The position numbers and the translations under genes were made by a program. 64,000 nucleotides of DNA, taken from the human T2T-CHM13v2.0 reference genome, Homo sapiens. The notes beneath the pieces are model-generated. The model ran no database searches. It was not told the DNA's origin and saw only the letters and a program-made list of their open reading frames with translations. Numbering within the stretch: the stretch's first letter is position 1; each line of letters starts with the position of its first letter. The stretch lies in NCBI RefSeq assembly GCF_009914755.1, contig NC_060930.1, one strand, 5' to 3'. Positions 25,572-39,044 of the stretch are shown here, piece after piece.

Positions 25572-28312
25572 CTGAACCAGGAAGAAATTGAATCTCTGAA
25601 TAGACCAACAGCAAGCCCTGAAATTGAGGCAGTAATAAATAACCTACCAACCCAAAAAAAAAAAAAAATGCCCAAGACCAAACAGATTCACAGCTGAATT
25701 CTACCAGATGTACAAAGAAGAGCTGGTACCATTTCTACTACAACTATTGCAAAAAAAATCAGGAAGAAGTACTCCTCTCTAATTCATTCCATGAGGCCAG
25801 TATAATCCTGATACCAAAACCTGGCAGACATAAGAAAGAAAAAGAAAACTTTAGGCCAATATCCTTGATGAACACTGATGCAAAAATTCTCAACAAACTA
25901 CTGGCAAACCAACTCCAGTAGCACATCAAAAAGTTCATCCACCATAATCAAGTAAGTGTTATCCCTGAGATGCAAGGTTAATTCAACATATGCAAATCAA
26001 TAAGTGTGATTCATCACATAAACAGAACTAAAGACAAAACCACATGATTGTCTCAATAGATTCAGAAAAAGCTTTAGATAAAATTCAACATCCATTCACG
26101 TTAAAAAGTCTCTATAAGGAATTGAGGCATTGAAGAAATATACGTAAAAATAATAAGAGCCATCTATGCAAACCCATAACCAACATCATACTAAACGGGC
26201 AAAAGCTGGAAGCATTCCCCCTTGAAAACCAGCACAAGACAAGGGTACCCTCTCTCACCATTCCTATTCAACATAGTATTGGAAGTTCTGGTCAGGGCAA
26301 CCAGGCAAGAGAAATAAATAAATGGCATCCAAATAGGAAGAGAGAAAGTCAAACTATAGGACATTATCTTATATCTAGGAAACCCCATAGTCTCAGCCCA
26401 AAAGCTTCTTAAGCTAATTAACAACTTCAGCTAAGTCTCAGAATACAAAATCAATGTGCAAAAATCATTAGCATTCCTATACACTAACAACAGTCAAGCT
26501 GAGAGGCAAATCAAGAACAAACTCCCATTCACAATTGCCACTTAAGGAATAAAATCCCTAGGAATACAGCTAACCAGGGATGTGAAAGAACTCTGCAAGG
26601 TCAACTACAAACCGCTGTTCAAAGAAATCAGAGATGACAAAAAACAAGTGAAAAAACATTCCATGATCATGGTTAGGAAGAATCAACATCATTAAAATGG
26701 CCAAACCTCCCAAAGCGATTTATAGATTCAATGTTATTTCTATCAAATAACCAATGGCACTCTTCAGAGAACTAGAAAAAAAGCTTTTTTAAAAGTCATA
26801 TGAAACTTAACAAGAATCCAAACATCTAGGGAAAACCTAAGTAAAAAGAACAAAGCTGGAGGCATCATGTTACCCAACTTCAAACTATATTACAGGGATA
26901 CAGTAACCAAAACCTCATGGTACTGGCACAAAAACGGACACATAGATCAATGGAACAGAACAGAGAACCCAGAAATCAGACCAGACACCTACGACAAACT
27001 GATCTTCAACAAAGTTGACAAAAACAAGCAATGGGGAAAGGACATCTTATTCAATAAATGATGCTGGCATAACTGGCTAGCCATACACAGAAGATTCAAA
27101 CTGGACCTCTTCCTTACACCATATACAAAAACCAACTCAAGATAGATTAAAGATTTAAATGTAAAACCCAAAACTATAAAAACCCTGGAAGACAACCCAG
27201 GAAATACCATTCAGGACATAGGCACAGGTAAAGATTTCATGACAAAGACCCCAAAAGCAATTGCAACAAAATCAAAAATGGACAAATAGGATCTAATTAA
27301 ACTAAAGAGCTTCTGCACAGCAAAAGAAACTATCAACAGGGTAAACAGACAACTTACAGAATGGTAGATAATTTTTGCAAACTGTGCATCTGACAAAGGT
27401 CTAATATTCAGCATCTATAAGGAGCTAAAACAAATTTACAAGAAATAAACAATCTCATTTAAAAGTGGGTAAAGGACATGAACAAACATTTCAAAAGAAG
27501 ACATACATGCAGTCAACAATCATATGAAGAAAATTTCAACATCACTGATTATTAGAAAAATGCAAATCAAAACCACAATGAGATATCATCTCACACTGGT
27601 CCCAATGGCTATAATTAAAAAGTGAAAAAAATAAAAGATGCTAGCAAGATTGTGGAGAAAAAGGAATGCTCATACACTGTTAGTGGGTGTGTAAATTAGT
27701 TCAACCATTGAGGATGACAGTGTGGCAATTGCTCAAAGACCTGAAGACAGAAATACTATTTGACCCAGCAATCGTATTACTGAATATATACCCAAAGGAA
27801 TAGAAATAGTTCTATTATAAAGACACATACATGCAAATGTTCATTGCAGCACTATTCACAATAGCAAACACATGGAATCAACATAAATTCCCATCAACAA
27901 TAGACTGGATAAAGAAAATGTAGTACATATACCTCATGGAATACTATATGGCCATAAAAAAAGAATGAGATCGTATCCTTTGTTGGGACATGGATGGAGC
28001 TGGAGGCCATTATCCTTAGCAAACTATGGAGGAATAGAAAACCAAATACCACATATTCTACCATTTAAGCGGGAGCTAAATGATGAGGACACATGGACAT
28101 ATAGAGGGGAACAACACACACTGGAGCCTATCAGAGGGTGGAGGGTGGGAGGAAGGAGAGGATCAGGAAAAATAACTGTTGAGTACTAGGCTTAATTCCT
28201 GGGTGATGAAATATTCTGTACAACATACCCCCATTACACAAGTTTACCTATGTAACAAACCTGCACATGTACCCCTAAACTTAAAATAAAAGTTATTTAA
28301 AAGAAAAAAAAA
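25572..28312 (+). mobile_element. 5'-truncated L1PA13-class element (~2.7 kb; ORF2 RT, C-terminus, 3' UTR, polyA), inactive
   Basis: Continuous L1 ORF2 similarity ([20 protein letters not shown]) and 3' UTR gaggatcaggaaaaataact; degenerate TSD aatcatga(t/c)a. Confidence 0.95.
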
Positions 28313-28349
28313 ATCATGACATAATCTAAAAAAACACCATAATCCTTTT

Positions 28350-28685
28350 ATACAGCAAACTCGTCAAGTTCATTCCTGCCTTACATTGTACCTGGGCTAG
28401 TCTTTCCAACTGTAAGCTTCTCCCAGCTTTTACCCTATTATTCAATTCCACACATCATGCAGCCTCTGCTCACATTTTCCCTTCACAGGGAAGTGCTTTA
28501 TTCCCTTCTTAGCACTTGTCACTATCTAGGGCTCCATCTCTTCTTATGTATTTCCTATCTTCTCCCATTAGACATGCACCCAATGTGGGCAGAAATTTTG
28601 TCTTGTTCATTTTCATATTCCGAGAGCTGAGGATTGCTTGGCACACATTAAGGATTTAACAAATAGTTGAATTAATCAATAAATG
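28350..28685 (+). mobile_element. L2 3' fragment
   Basis: ttttgtcttgttcatt...cttggcacacatta...aaatagttgaattaatcaataaat. Confidence 0.7.
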
Positions 28686-29229
28686 TAGAAACTATAATCA
28701 TGGCAGAAAAAGGAGTTTTACTTTTTTTAAAACTATCATTTCTGTGTCAAATCATTATCATCGAACAAGTCAGGATAGCAAGGCAGCCCTAGGAATGAAG
28801 GAAAATAAAAACATTGAGGGTATGTTGAATAGATCATTCAAGAAGGCAGGGAAAGGCCTTTTCCAACACACTTGTTTCCTTTCTTTATTAATCCCAGGGT
28901 CCCCCATGGTCCCTCCCTAAGGAACCTAAGGGCTCAGGTGCTGCTGTTTAGTTTTCTACCAGTAGCTACTTCACTGGACTCTCTTGTGATGTGGAGAGTC
29001 CTTTGCCTGGCTCCCCAGCTTCTGAAATAAGTGTGGTTCTTATTAATTTTGACTATGTTACAAAGAGATTAATTCAATATACCACCAAAAAATTCACTGG
29101 GTTTTTCCTTTTAATACGGGACTTTTTAAATGATTACATTTATACCTTTACAGATGAGTCTTCTCCATCCCTCATCTTTATCCTCAAAAGTCAAGTCGCA
29201 TTCACAGGAGGAGAATGTTTCCTAGTTTG

Positions 29230-29460
29230 GTGATCATGATTAAGCAGAGGGCACGTTGCACATGGGTAGGATCCTGCCTTTCCAAGTGGTACTGCTGGGA
29301 CGTGACCTTGGGTACGTTACTTTTCCTCACTGTGTCTCAATTTTATCAGGGGTAAAGTTAAAGCAACAATGCTACTCAATAGTGTTATAGTGAGGATTAG
29401 ACATGAAAATTCATAAACAACACTGAGCAGAGAGGTTAGCCCTTAGAGTGTAGTTTCATT
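29230..29460 (+). mobile_element. MIR
   Basis: gtgaccttgggtacgttacttttcctcactgtgtctcaattttatc...gtgaggattag. Confidence 0.7.
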
Positions 29461-29774
29461 GTCAGTCTTACAGGTCAGTACTATCAACCTTCTTTCTCTT
29501 CATTCTAATGTAAAATTCTAGAAACTCTGTATCATTAGCCATTTATATTTTGTACGTTGAAAGGCAGTGCTGCAAGAGATGGTTACCTTTCCAGCACTCA
29601 CAAGCTCTGCTCTGAACCCGATAGGGTGTGGGGGCAGGGGCTCAATAGACTGGAGAGTAATGATAACAGTCATATTTCTCCCATTATTGTTGCTTTATTT
29701 CCTGAAAAAAATTATGATATGTCCTGATCTAATTCAGTCTCATAGAATTTTATGAAGTAGATCATCCTGTGTGA

Positions 29775-30119
<345 letters not shown>

Positions 30120-30182
30120 TAACAAACTGAAATTGTTTTGTATGCAAATAGCAAAGTTGACTAACAAGAGATAATGTTACAT

Positions 30183-30420
30183 ATGGTGATTAAGAGCAGC
30201 CTGAGATTTAGAATCAGACAAACATGAGTGCAAAGCTCCACAACCTGTATGACTCTGGTCATCTTATTCAACTTCCCTGTGTTTCCTTATCTGTAAAACT
30301 GAGTTAACAATACTAACTACCTCATTAGGCTATTGTGAGCAGCAAATTACAACACACGTGCAAAGGTGCTTGGCACATGGTCAGTGTCCAATATGTCTTA
30401 GTTCTTATCACTGTTATTAC
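30183..30420 (+). mobile_element. MIR (MIRb-like)
   Basis: tggtgattaagagc...tttccttatctgtaaaa...tgcttggcacatggtcagtg. Confidence 0.8.
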
Positions 30421-30549
30421 CAGGTAGCATTCTGTATTCTCTCCAGTTGTAATGCTAACACAACCCGGACTTAGAAAATTTAGCCTTTTCCTGGCACCAT
30501 ATAATCAATCATAACCTTAGTCATAAAAAAGTTGAAATTGAGTTCATGT

Positions 30550-30588
30550 GCACACACACACACACACACACACAAGCACACACACACA
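30550..30588. repeat. (CA)n microsatellite
   Basis: Visible in sequence. Confidence 0.9.
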
Positions 30589-31576
30589 ATTACAGCTTAA
30601 GAATTGGGATTTAGATATTCTAGATATTAGTACATATGACTTTATAATCCATCATTTTTCGTCAGTGCCAAATTGGTTAAAATTATAGCATGTCATTGCT
30701 TAGTATGGGGAACGGTGCCATACCTCCTTGGTAGACTAGCCCGAGATTTATTTACACTGTCCCTTGTATGAGTGGCCAGGGATATGTTCTCTCTGACTTC
30801 ATCTTTCAAGACAAGGTTGGATTTCTTTCTCCATGGTTAATGGGTGCTATATATCTCTGCCTTCCTAGTCACCCCCAAATCATACTTTATTGTCCCCTTC
30901 TCAGGTATTAGTAGACATGGAGTGATCTCTTTGCCTGTACTTCAAACTAGAAAGGCATTCCCCAAGGCTCCAATGCAGAATGGAAGTTTTCCTTCTGTGC
31001 ATCTGCCAACTAGGCTTTGAGCCAATTGTAATTCACTGGGGGATTTCAGTCTAGAGGGTTCTAAATGGATTTTAAATGTAATCCTAGGACAATTATCACC
31101 ATGTAATTTTTTTTAATTTCTGTGATTTGGCAACACCAGTGAAAATGTGTCATTTATTAGCCCTTTCACTTTCAGCATAGGCCAGGACTAGCTCCATACT
31201 ACTTGTGTGATTGGTGAAATTTGTTTAAAAGTCTCCCTCTTTACCTCCATTCTAGCACATATTTCTGTAGTGAATAACAAGCTCTTCCTCTAGATCCTAA
31301 ACATCTCCTTCATCTGCAACAGTGAGACTCAGAGAATATATGCCCAAATCAACCTATCACCAATTTCTTTCAGAATGGTCCTCAAATTTTAATACTCTTT
31401 CTATAGTTCACAATGTTTTACATGTTTTAAACTTTATATAAATAGGTTTGCATTGTACCTGTTTTCTTCCAACTTGCTTTTTCTATTAGCACTAGGTTTT
31501 TAAGATTTAAACATACTGATGCTTGTAGATGTGGTTTATCCTCTGTATGAATGTAACACAACTTATTTATGTATTA

Positions 31577-32225
31577 TGCAGCAAAAGAATAACTCAGCAA
31601 GTCTGGGTTACCATTCCAAAGAAAGATTTGGCCCTTACCTAGCTCCTGGGAGGTAACCTTGAAGTCCTTGTAGTTTCTTCCCTAATAAGAGTGCTCTTGT
31701 TTCCCTGGGGACATTGGGTGATGCCAAGTCTTCTATGCTAACAATGGTGGACGACTTGGGCCATGCAGTATCAGCTTAGTTACTAAGGCTCAGGTAAGCT
31801 TCCTTAGGTGACAATATAAGTTGAGTATCTTTTATCTGAAATGCTTGCGACCAGAAGTGTTTCAAATTTCACATTTTTTTCCAGATTTTGGAATATTTGC
31901 ATTATATTTATTGAGTGAGCATCCCTAAGCCAAAGATCCAAAATGCAAAATGTCTCAATGAGCATTTCCTTTAAGCACCATGTTGTAGCTAAAAAAACTT
32001 TGGATTTTGGAACATTTTAAATTTCTGATTTTCAGATTAGGGATACTCAACCTGTACTTCATGTGTATTTTCATGCATTACTGTTAAGAGAAATAAATAA
32101 ATACAACTCCACAGAGAGAAGACAACTGAAAGTTCATGCTTGGTGAATCTAGGATTTTCTTTATGCCTAAGTATATCATCAGCAGATGGTGATAACTTTA
32201 TTTCGCATTTCCTTTTCTTCTTCAC
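31577..32225 (+). mobile_element. ERVL-class solo LTR (MER77/MER68/MER21 group), interrupted by Tigger4a
   Basis: gctcctgggaggtaacc...cctaataagagtgctcttgttt...tatgctaacaatg...gaagacaactgaaagttcatgcttgg. Confidence 0.65.
31817..32054 (+). mobile_element. Tigger4a/MER46A MITE
   Basis: TIRs gttgagtatc...gatactcaacctg, flanked by TA dinucleotides. Confidence 0.88.
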
Positions 32226-33397
32226 ATTAACTTAAATATGATTCTGGGATCTCATCCTGATGGACCGGTGGCAAATGCTACCCCAGTTATTATAAGTCAT
32301 TGCTCACTCACACCCATAAACCCAAGGTTATGTCCATGGGCCCAGGGTCTTATACATCACCAATAAGTCAGGAGGGGCTACATGGGTCACCCGTTACAGA
32401 AGCATGTGGTTATCGCTGATACAAGACTTTTCATGTTTAAAACCACAGAACTCTTTCAGGTGTGATGGCTTTGCTGCTTTTGTACCATGCTGGAAGCATA
32501 AAAATCTTTACCAAAGCTGGGAGCCCCAGGCCCAGCCTCCATATGCCGCATATGCAGCCATCTCCTCTGAGATTTGGCTCTCTCTCCAGTTGCAGTCACA
32601 ACTCCATGTGAACAAATAGAACGGGAGTTTTCACCAATCCCTCCACTCCCTGTTAGTCCTTTAAAAACAGTCAACGTGTCTGTCTACCTGAGTGTAACTA
32701 GATACACAAATTAAAATCATAATAAGCTACCCACCCCTGTGCTACAATCCCCTTTATACAGGTTGTTTTTTCTGCCAAGTTTCTATGTAGTTGCCAATGG
32801 CTGGGCATTTATCTCTTGGCACCCAATTTTCCTGCCACTGCCTTTCCCCATAAGCACACATAACCTAGTAATCTGCTTATTTGGCTCTAGCCTCATCCGC
32901 CTGCACATCTAATCTTCACCTTCCTAAAACCTCTTCTGACACTAGCTTCTCTGATTTGCATTCTGACTCTCATTACCTCATTTAGTCAGCAAATAAACTT
33001 TTTTAGGAATTGTGAATAATAAATAATTTTCCCCTTCAAATATTTTTTTTCTGCATTAGGGAGGTCATTTACCATATAGTCAGCAGATATCAACCTGGAA
33101 GAACATGCAGAATTTTGCAGGGTGCTGGCCCATTTGTGTGAGTCAAGGAAGGATCACAGAGAGGAAAGCCCAAGCCAAATGTAGACATTTTTCCAGGATG
33201 AGCAAACTGAGGCAAAGGGGCATTTGTAGCTGAATGATTCATCTGTGCAAAGAGATAGAGTTTTGAGAGAATATAGTCCACATTTTTTAAATGTAAAAGA
33301 GTAAAGTATTCTTTTCAGCAGAATCAAAGAGAAAGGGGTAGGAACTTTGGTTACAGAATTCAGGTCAGACAACTAAAGGTTTTAAAATTCATATTAA

Positions 33398-33812
33398 TGG
33401 TACACATACACCAAGAAATACTACACAGCCATAAAAAAGAATTAGATCATGTCTTTTGCAGCAATGTGAATGGAGCTGAGGCCATAATCCTAAGCGAACT
33501 AACACAGGAACAGAAAACCAAATACCACGTGTTCTCACTTATGATGGGGAGCTGGACATTAATACACATGGGCAGAAAGAAGGGAGTAACAGACACTGAG
33601 GCCTACTTGAGGGTGAAGAGTGGGAGAAAGGAGGAGAACAAAAAATTACCCTTCGAGTACTATGTTTATTACCTGGGTAATGAAATAATCTGTATATCAA
33701 GCCCCCATGACATAGAATTTACCTATATAACGAACCTGCACATGTACCCCTGAACATAAAAAAAGAATTTTTTTAAAACTAGTTCACAAAAAATAAATAA
33801 ATAAATAAATAA
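33398..33812 (+). mobile_element. L1PA16-class 3' end
   Basis: tactacacagccataaaaaagaa...gaacagaaaaccaaataccac...aacctgcacatgtacccctgaac with (TAAA)n tail. Confidence 0.9.
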
Positions 33813-33994
33813 ATTTATATTTAAAAATTAATATCTTCTTATAGATGATGGGATTCATTGAAAACATTTGAATAGGGAAGAGAGGGAAAGACATAATATT
33901 TGGCTCCTTAATTGACAATGTGATGTTAATGCTTAATATCAGCTTATTACATCATCTTTTCTATAACTTTTGCATTTTAAAAGAATATGTTATG

Positions 33995-34910
33995 TAACTA
34001 GGGAACTGCAAAGTTAAAACAACAAAGAGATTCCACTACATATTTAGTAGAATGGCTAAAATCTTAAAAACTTACAATGCCAAATGCTGGCAAAAATGTG
34101 AAGCAACAGGAAGTCTCATTATTTGTCAGTGAGAGTGCAAAATCATACAGCCACTTTAGAAGACAGGCAGTTTCTTACCATTTAACATATCATGCAATTC
34201 AGCAATCATACTTTCCCACATGGGATAAAAAACTTACATATAGACAAAAATCTTCATATGGGTAGTTATAGCATCTTTATTCATAATTGCAAAAAACCGG
34301 AAGTAACTAAGAAGTCCTTCAATAGGTGAATGGGCAAACAAACTGTAGTACATCCATAAAAGGGATATTATTTAGAAATAAGAAGAAATGAGCTGTCAAG
34401 CCACAAAAAGACCTGGAAAATCTTTAAATGCATATTGCTAAATAAAACCAGTCTGTTTGAAACACAAGTGAAAGAAGTCCGTTTGAAACACCTATATATG
34501 ATATAATTCGAATTTTATGGTACACTGGAAAAAGCAAAACTATAGAGTCATTAAAAAATATCCATGGTTGCCAGGGGGATGAAGCAAAGGAGATTTTTAG
34601 AGCAGTGAAACAATTCTGTATAATGCTGTAATCATAGATATATCAAAGTATGCATTTATCAAAACCCATAGAATAGTACATCACAAAGAGTGAATCCTAA
34701 TGTAAACTATAAACTTTAGTTAGTGATAATTGGTAATAATATACTGGTTCATTAATTATAACAAGTGCAATGCAAGATGTTAATAGTAGGGGAAATTGTG
34801 TGTGGGTGAGTAGAGATGGAAAAGAGATATATGAGAACCCTTCTGTCCTATCTGTGCAATTTATCTGCAAATTTAAAACTGTTCTAAAAAATAAAGCATA
34901 TTTTTTAAAA
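33995..34910 (+). mobile_element. L1MC1/2-type 3' end
   Basis: ccaaatgctggcaaaaatgtgaagcaacaggaa...aaaacccatagaa...cctaatgtaaactataaactttag. Confidence 0.88.
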
Positions 34911-35009
34911 CATAAACAATAGTAATAGTATGTTAAGAGAAGTAATTATCTGCATCCAAATCAGTGAACATTTCCAATCAATTATCTATATGCACATTGC
35001 GTTATTTTA

Positions 35010-35038
35010 CATACACCACACACACACACACACACACA
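35010..35038. repeat. (CA)n microsatellite
   Basis: Visible in sequence. Confidence 0.85.
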
Positions 35039-35769
35039 GCATTCCAAACACCATAAAAAGTCTTGAGAGAAATGCTTCATAAGGTCAAAAATCTCTGCCA
35101 TTGGGAGTTTTGTTACTGATGTATCTCTAGTGCCTACTAAGATAGGCCCTTTATAATTAATTAGTAATATAATTTCTAAGTTAATAAATTAATACAAATA
35201 TGCAATAGAAAAGGAGACTTCAATAGTGATTAGAAAGAATCCCCAGTGAGTCTAGAAATGATTTTGCAGTGAAGCAACAGTTTTAGTATTAATTTTAAAA
35301 AGGAGAGAAAAAACAAGACCAACCTGGAAGGCCCCATTGGTAAGCTGGTTACCTGTGGTCTTTGGAAATGGTTATCATGACTGGGACTTTTGGAAAAGAT
35401 CCAGAGAGGACACTATCTATTTAATTAGCCAAATGAGGGCCAGAACGAAAACCAATTTGGCCTTCCTTTGTCACCAAAGATCATTCAAATTTCAAATGAA
35501 TTTACTGTGTTCATGCTCAAGATGGGCATATCCCATAAATATGAACTTTCTATTGAAAAATTCCTGTGGTAAGGGTTTCTGTTCCATATTTTGTATATGG
35601 GAGAGTGCCAATAAGGGGGTGCGGTAATGCTGGGGACAATTAAACTAGGAATATTTCAGGGAATTTGTCTGACTGTACTGACATTGGTTTGCCCAAATAT
35701 GAATAAGTTCCTGTCTTAAGATGCTCAAAACTCAGAGGGATTGAATTATAAGCAAAGGAATGTTACTAT

Positions 35770-36225
35770 AAGAATACTAAAAATATGAGAATTTTTAAAT
35801 AAATAAAGGACAGAAACCATAAAGGAAAAACAACAACCAGCTAGCCATACAAAACTGTAAATGTTTATTTGACTAAAGATGACATAAAAATGTTAATCCA
35901 CAGTCACAAAAATGTTTTCCATTTTAAATATTGAAGTAAGAGTCTCTAGTCAAATGATAACCAAACCATGTGAAGAGAATAAATACATAATTCACAATAG
36001 AAGATTAAAGAATCAAATGTTAACTAAAAATTTTTATTACTCCAATAGTAAAACAATGCTAATAGGATCAATATTTTCATCTATTAGACAGAAAATAATT
36101 TAAAATATTGATATTATCCAACTATAAAGTGTTCTCAAGGGTATAGGTAAATAGCTTCTCATGAATGTTCTTTATAAATAATAAATTGATTCAACTTTTT
36201 TGAGGTCAAGTGGGCATTTTTAATC
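35770..36225 (+). mobile_element. Highly decayed L1ME ORF2 fragment (probably continues at 37145-37520)
   Basis: A-rich with L1-like motifs (aaaccataaaggaaaa, aaattgattcaacttttttgagg). Confidence 0.5.
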
Positions 36226-36234
36226 AATAAGAAT

Positions 36235-36510
36235 GATGATAAGTATTTATTACGCATTATATATTGCATAAGTATTTATGCCTTAAATACTTTATGTTTA
36301 TTAACATTTGGTTTTTACAAGGACTCTGTGAGGTAGATATTGTTATTATTCTTCCCTACTTTGCAGAGGAGAAAACTGAGTCATGGAGAGGTCCAATAGC
36401 TTACCTAGTTAAAAAAGAAAAAAATTATACAACTAGGAAGCAGAGACAGTGGAATTTGAACCCATATACTCTGGCACCAAAGTTTGTGGCCTTAACTTTT
36501 CTGTAATACA
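36235..36510 (-). mobile_element. MIR
   Basis: ctctgtgaggtagatattgttattatt...tttgcagaggagaaaactgagtc...ggaatttgaacccat. Confidence 0.85.
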
Positions 36511-36541
36511 ACCCTATAGTGTTTCATATATTGTTTTTAAA

Positions 36542-37147
36542 TGTGCCCAAGATTTTATTTTTATTCGAGGATGGTGAGGCTAACAGATCAAGAAACAGGG
36601 TTATCAAAAAGACAGTTTGTTGCTCACAGTTCCCAAGAGAAGGGACATGCTAAACCACACAGGGCCACCTGGGCAGCACCCAGGTCAGGCAGGTGGGAGA
36701 AGAAGCAAGAGGAAAGCACGGGACACAGCCTTTGTTATAGTCTTCACAGGAAGGAATGGACAAGGCAAGGGAAGCAAGCTGTGCAGTCTTAGGACTGGGT
36801 AGTTTGAATAATTTCAGTGGGCTCTGAGATACAGGGGTTATCTCTAGTTGCCTGATACCCAGCCCTGGGATAATTTGGACAGATGAATATTGCCTCCTGG
36901 AGTATAAGAACCAGACAGAATAGGTGGTTGAGAGTATGGACTTGGGATTGGTTGATTCGTATATCAAAAGCACACTTTTAGGCCAAAAAAATAAAAGTGT
37001 GCTTTTGCTATACAAACCAACCAATGGTTGCTTTTTTGCTATGTCTAGGAATAATCTAACCTTGGAAGGGGCAATCTGTCCAGGGACAGAAACACTCCAG
37101 ATGCCAGAGCATCAAGAATAGAGAAAATAAGAAAATATGCTAATGCA
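36542..37147 (-). mobile_element. ERVL solo LTR (MER54/MER74 group)
   Basis: gtttgttgctcacagttcccaagag...gtagtttgaataatttcagtgggctct...agaaaataagaaaa. Confidence 0.7.
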
Positions 37148-37749
37148 TGTATGTATTTTATTTGACTCACTAATTTACTATCTAGGGTTTTATACTATAG
37201 AAATCCATGCGTAAGCAGAGATGTGTAACACAAATGCTCAATGCAACACTGCTTGCGACTGCTAAAACTTGGAAACAATATATATATTTATCAAGAGCAG
37301 GTAGTGGGATTGATTTTGCTATAAACAGAATGGGTTGTGCAAATCTTAACAAGAGGAGAGATGACTATGTGCATTGACATGGTAGGCTGTATGTACAGTT
37401 ATATTTACATGAGAAAGGCTGAGAAAGATGAAAATACTTTCTGCTTCATACACTACTGTATTGTTTCAGTTTTCATAAAGAGCCTATTCTACTTTTCATA
37501 CTTTTGATAAGGATTATTTTCTGTTTTATATCCTAATAACAGAAGAATATATAAGTTAATTTGAGTGATAAGGGACTAACTGCAAATAAAAGATCAACTG
37601 CGGTGTCACTTTTGAAGAAAATACAATGATCCTGGTGTTTGTAGAAGCTGTGCCTACAGAGAAGGAAGTCAGGCTCTAGCAAATCACTGTTAGAGGTAGG
37701 GATGTTTCTGAAGAATTCTAACCACTGGCCACAAGACAACAACAGTTCT

Positions 37750-37932
37750 ATAAAGTTAGTGGGCATCAGAACCATGTGAAGGGCTTATTACAACAAGATT
37801 GAGATTCCTGCTCCTCACCTCCAAAATTCATGATGCAGAGGGTCTGTGGTGGGCCCCAAAATGTGCATTTCTAACAAGTTGCAGGTGGTGCTGATGCTGC
37901 TAATCTGGGGACCACACTTTGAGAACCACTAC
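37750..37932. mobile_element. MER5A
   Basis: tgcatttctaacaagttgcaggtggtgctgatgctgct...ggaccacactttgagaaccact. Confidence 0.88.
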
Positions 37933-38063
37933 TCAAGAGAATGAGCTATTGAATGAGGACACTAATTCAGAGGAGACTTTTTAACAGCTTTGAGTAGAGG
38001 CTGGCTCAACTGACCTTGACAAAGGAGCAACCAGCCATACCTGTGAGACTGGGTGAACGAAGC

Positions 38064-38083
38064 CTGCCAGCAGAGGGCAGTGC
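38064..38083 (+). promoter_or_regulatory. Candidate CTCF binding site
   Basis: ctgCCAGCAGAGGGCAGtgc matches the CTCF core CCASYAGRKGGCRS at every position, in non-repeat DNA. Confidence 0.6.
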
Positions 38084-39044
38084 AAGAAATAATAGGCACC
38101 CCAAGTGTGAACAGAGCTATTGTTCTAATTTCACCTGACTTAACTGCATGACGAGAATCCGAAATGATTCACTGTTTAAGTAAGGTTAAGTAGTGATTCT
38201 TCAACATAGCTGTTTTGAGTGATCAACTGCAAGGTAAATATTTTGGGGTCGATCCTCAGGCCTGGAATACTCACATGGCCAAGTCATATATTGGTTATGG
38301 AGGATCCCAAAGGAGGCAGTGAAAAATCTTACAGCTTAAAAGCCCAGTTGTCAGGGATATTATTTGGCAAAAATATGTTTCAACTTCTCTATATGAGTCT
38401 CTTCCATTTCCATTCATATACTCCCTTGTCGAACTTGACTCTGTGAAGGGCAACACTAAATTTTACCTCCTTTGCTAAGATATTGATATGAGAGTGGTGT
38501 GGAAAATATGTCACTTTCTCATGAAAAAAATAATAGGAAACCCTGAAACTTTGCTCTAAACTTTAGCCAAATTGACTCACGAAGTTTAATTTTGGTTATC
38601 ATTTCATGTTCAAAATTCAGGACAAAATGGTGAAAGAAAATACTAGATAGTAGTTTTGTTACATTTGTTTTATTATCTCAAATCGGGTTTCTGTTACAAA
38701 ATATGTTTAGAGCTACTATCAAAAATAGTGTCATCATATTGATCTGAATTACAGAATGGTAAGGTACTGAGCATTTGGTTCAATTTTGTCACTTAAAGGT
38801 AGCATTGGTCATGCCAATTGATGACAAGGGCATCAAAAGGAGCAATAGCGACAAAGGGAGTACTATTAACATATGCTGTTTTATAAATAAAGTCCAAGAT
38901 TTGAACCAAAGTAATCCAAGCTGAAACACTGGCATTTTACATAGAGTCAAATATTATCACCAATGTGAAATGCATTACAAGGTAGAAAAATACATTTCCT
39001 ATTGTTTTCAAAAGATAATATCTATATTTTATGTTTGATGTTTA

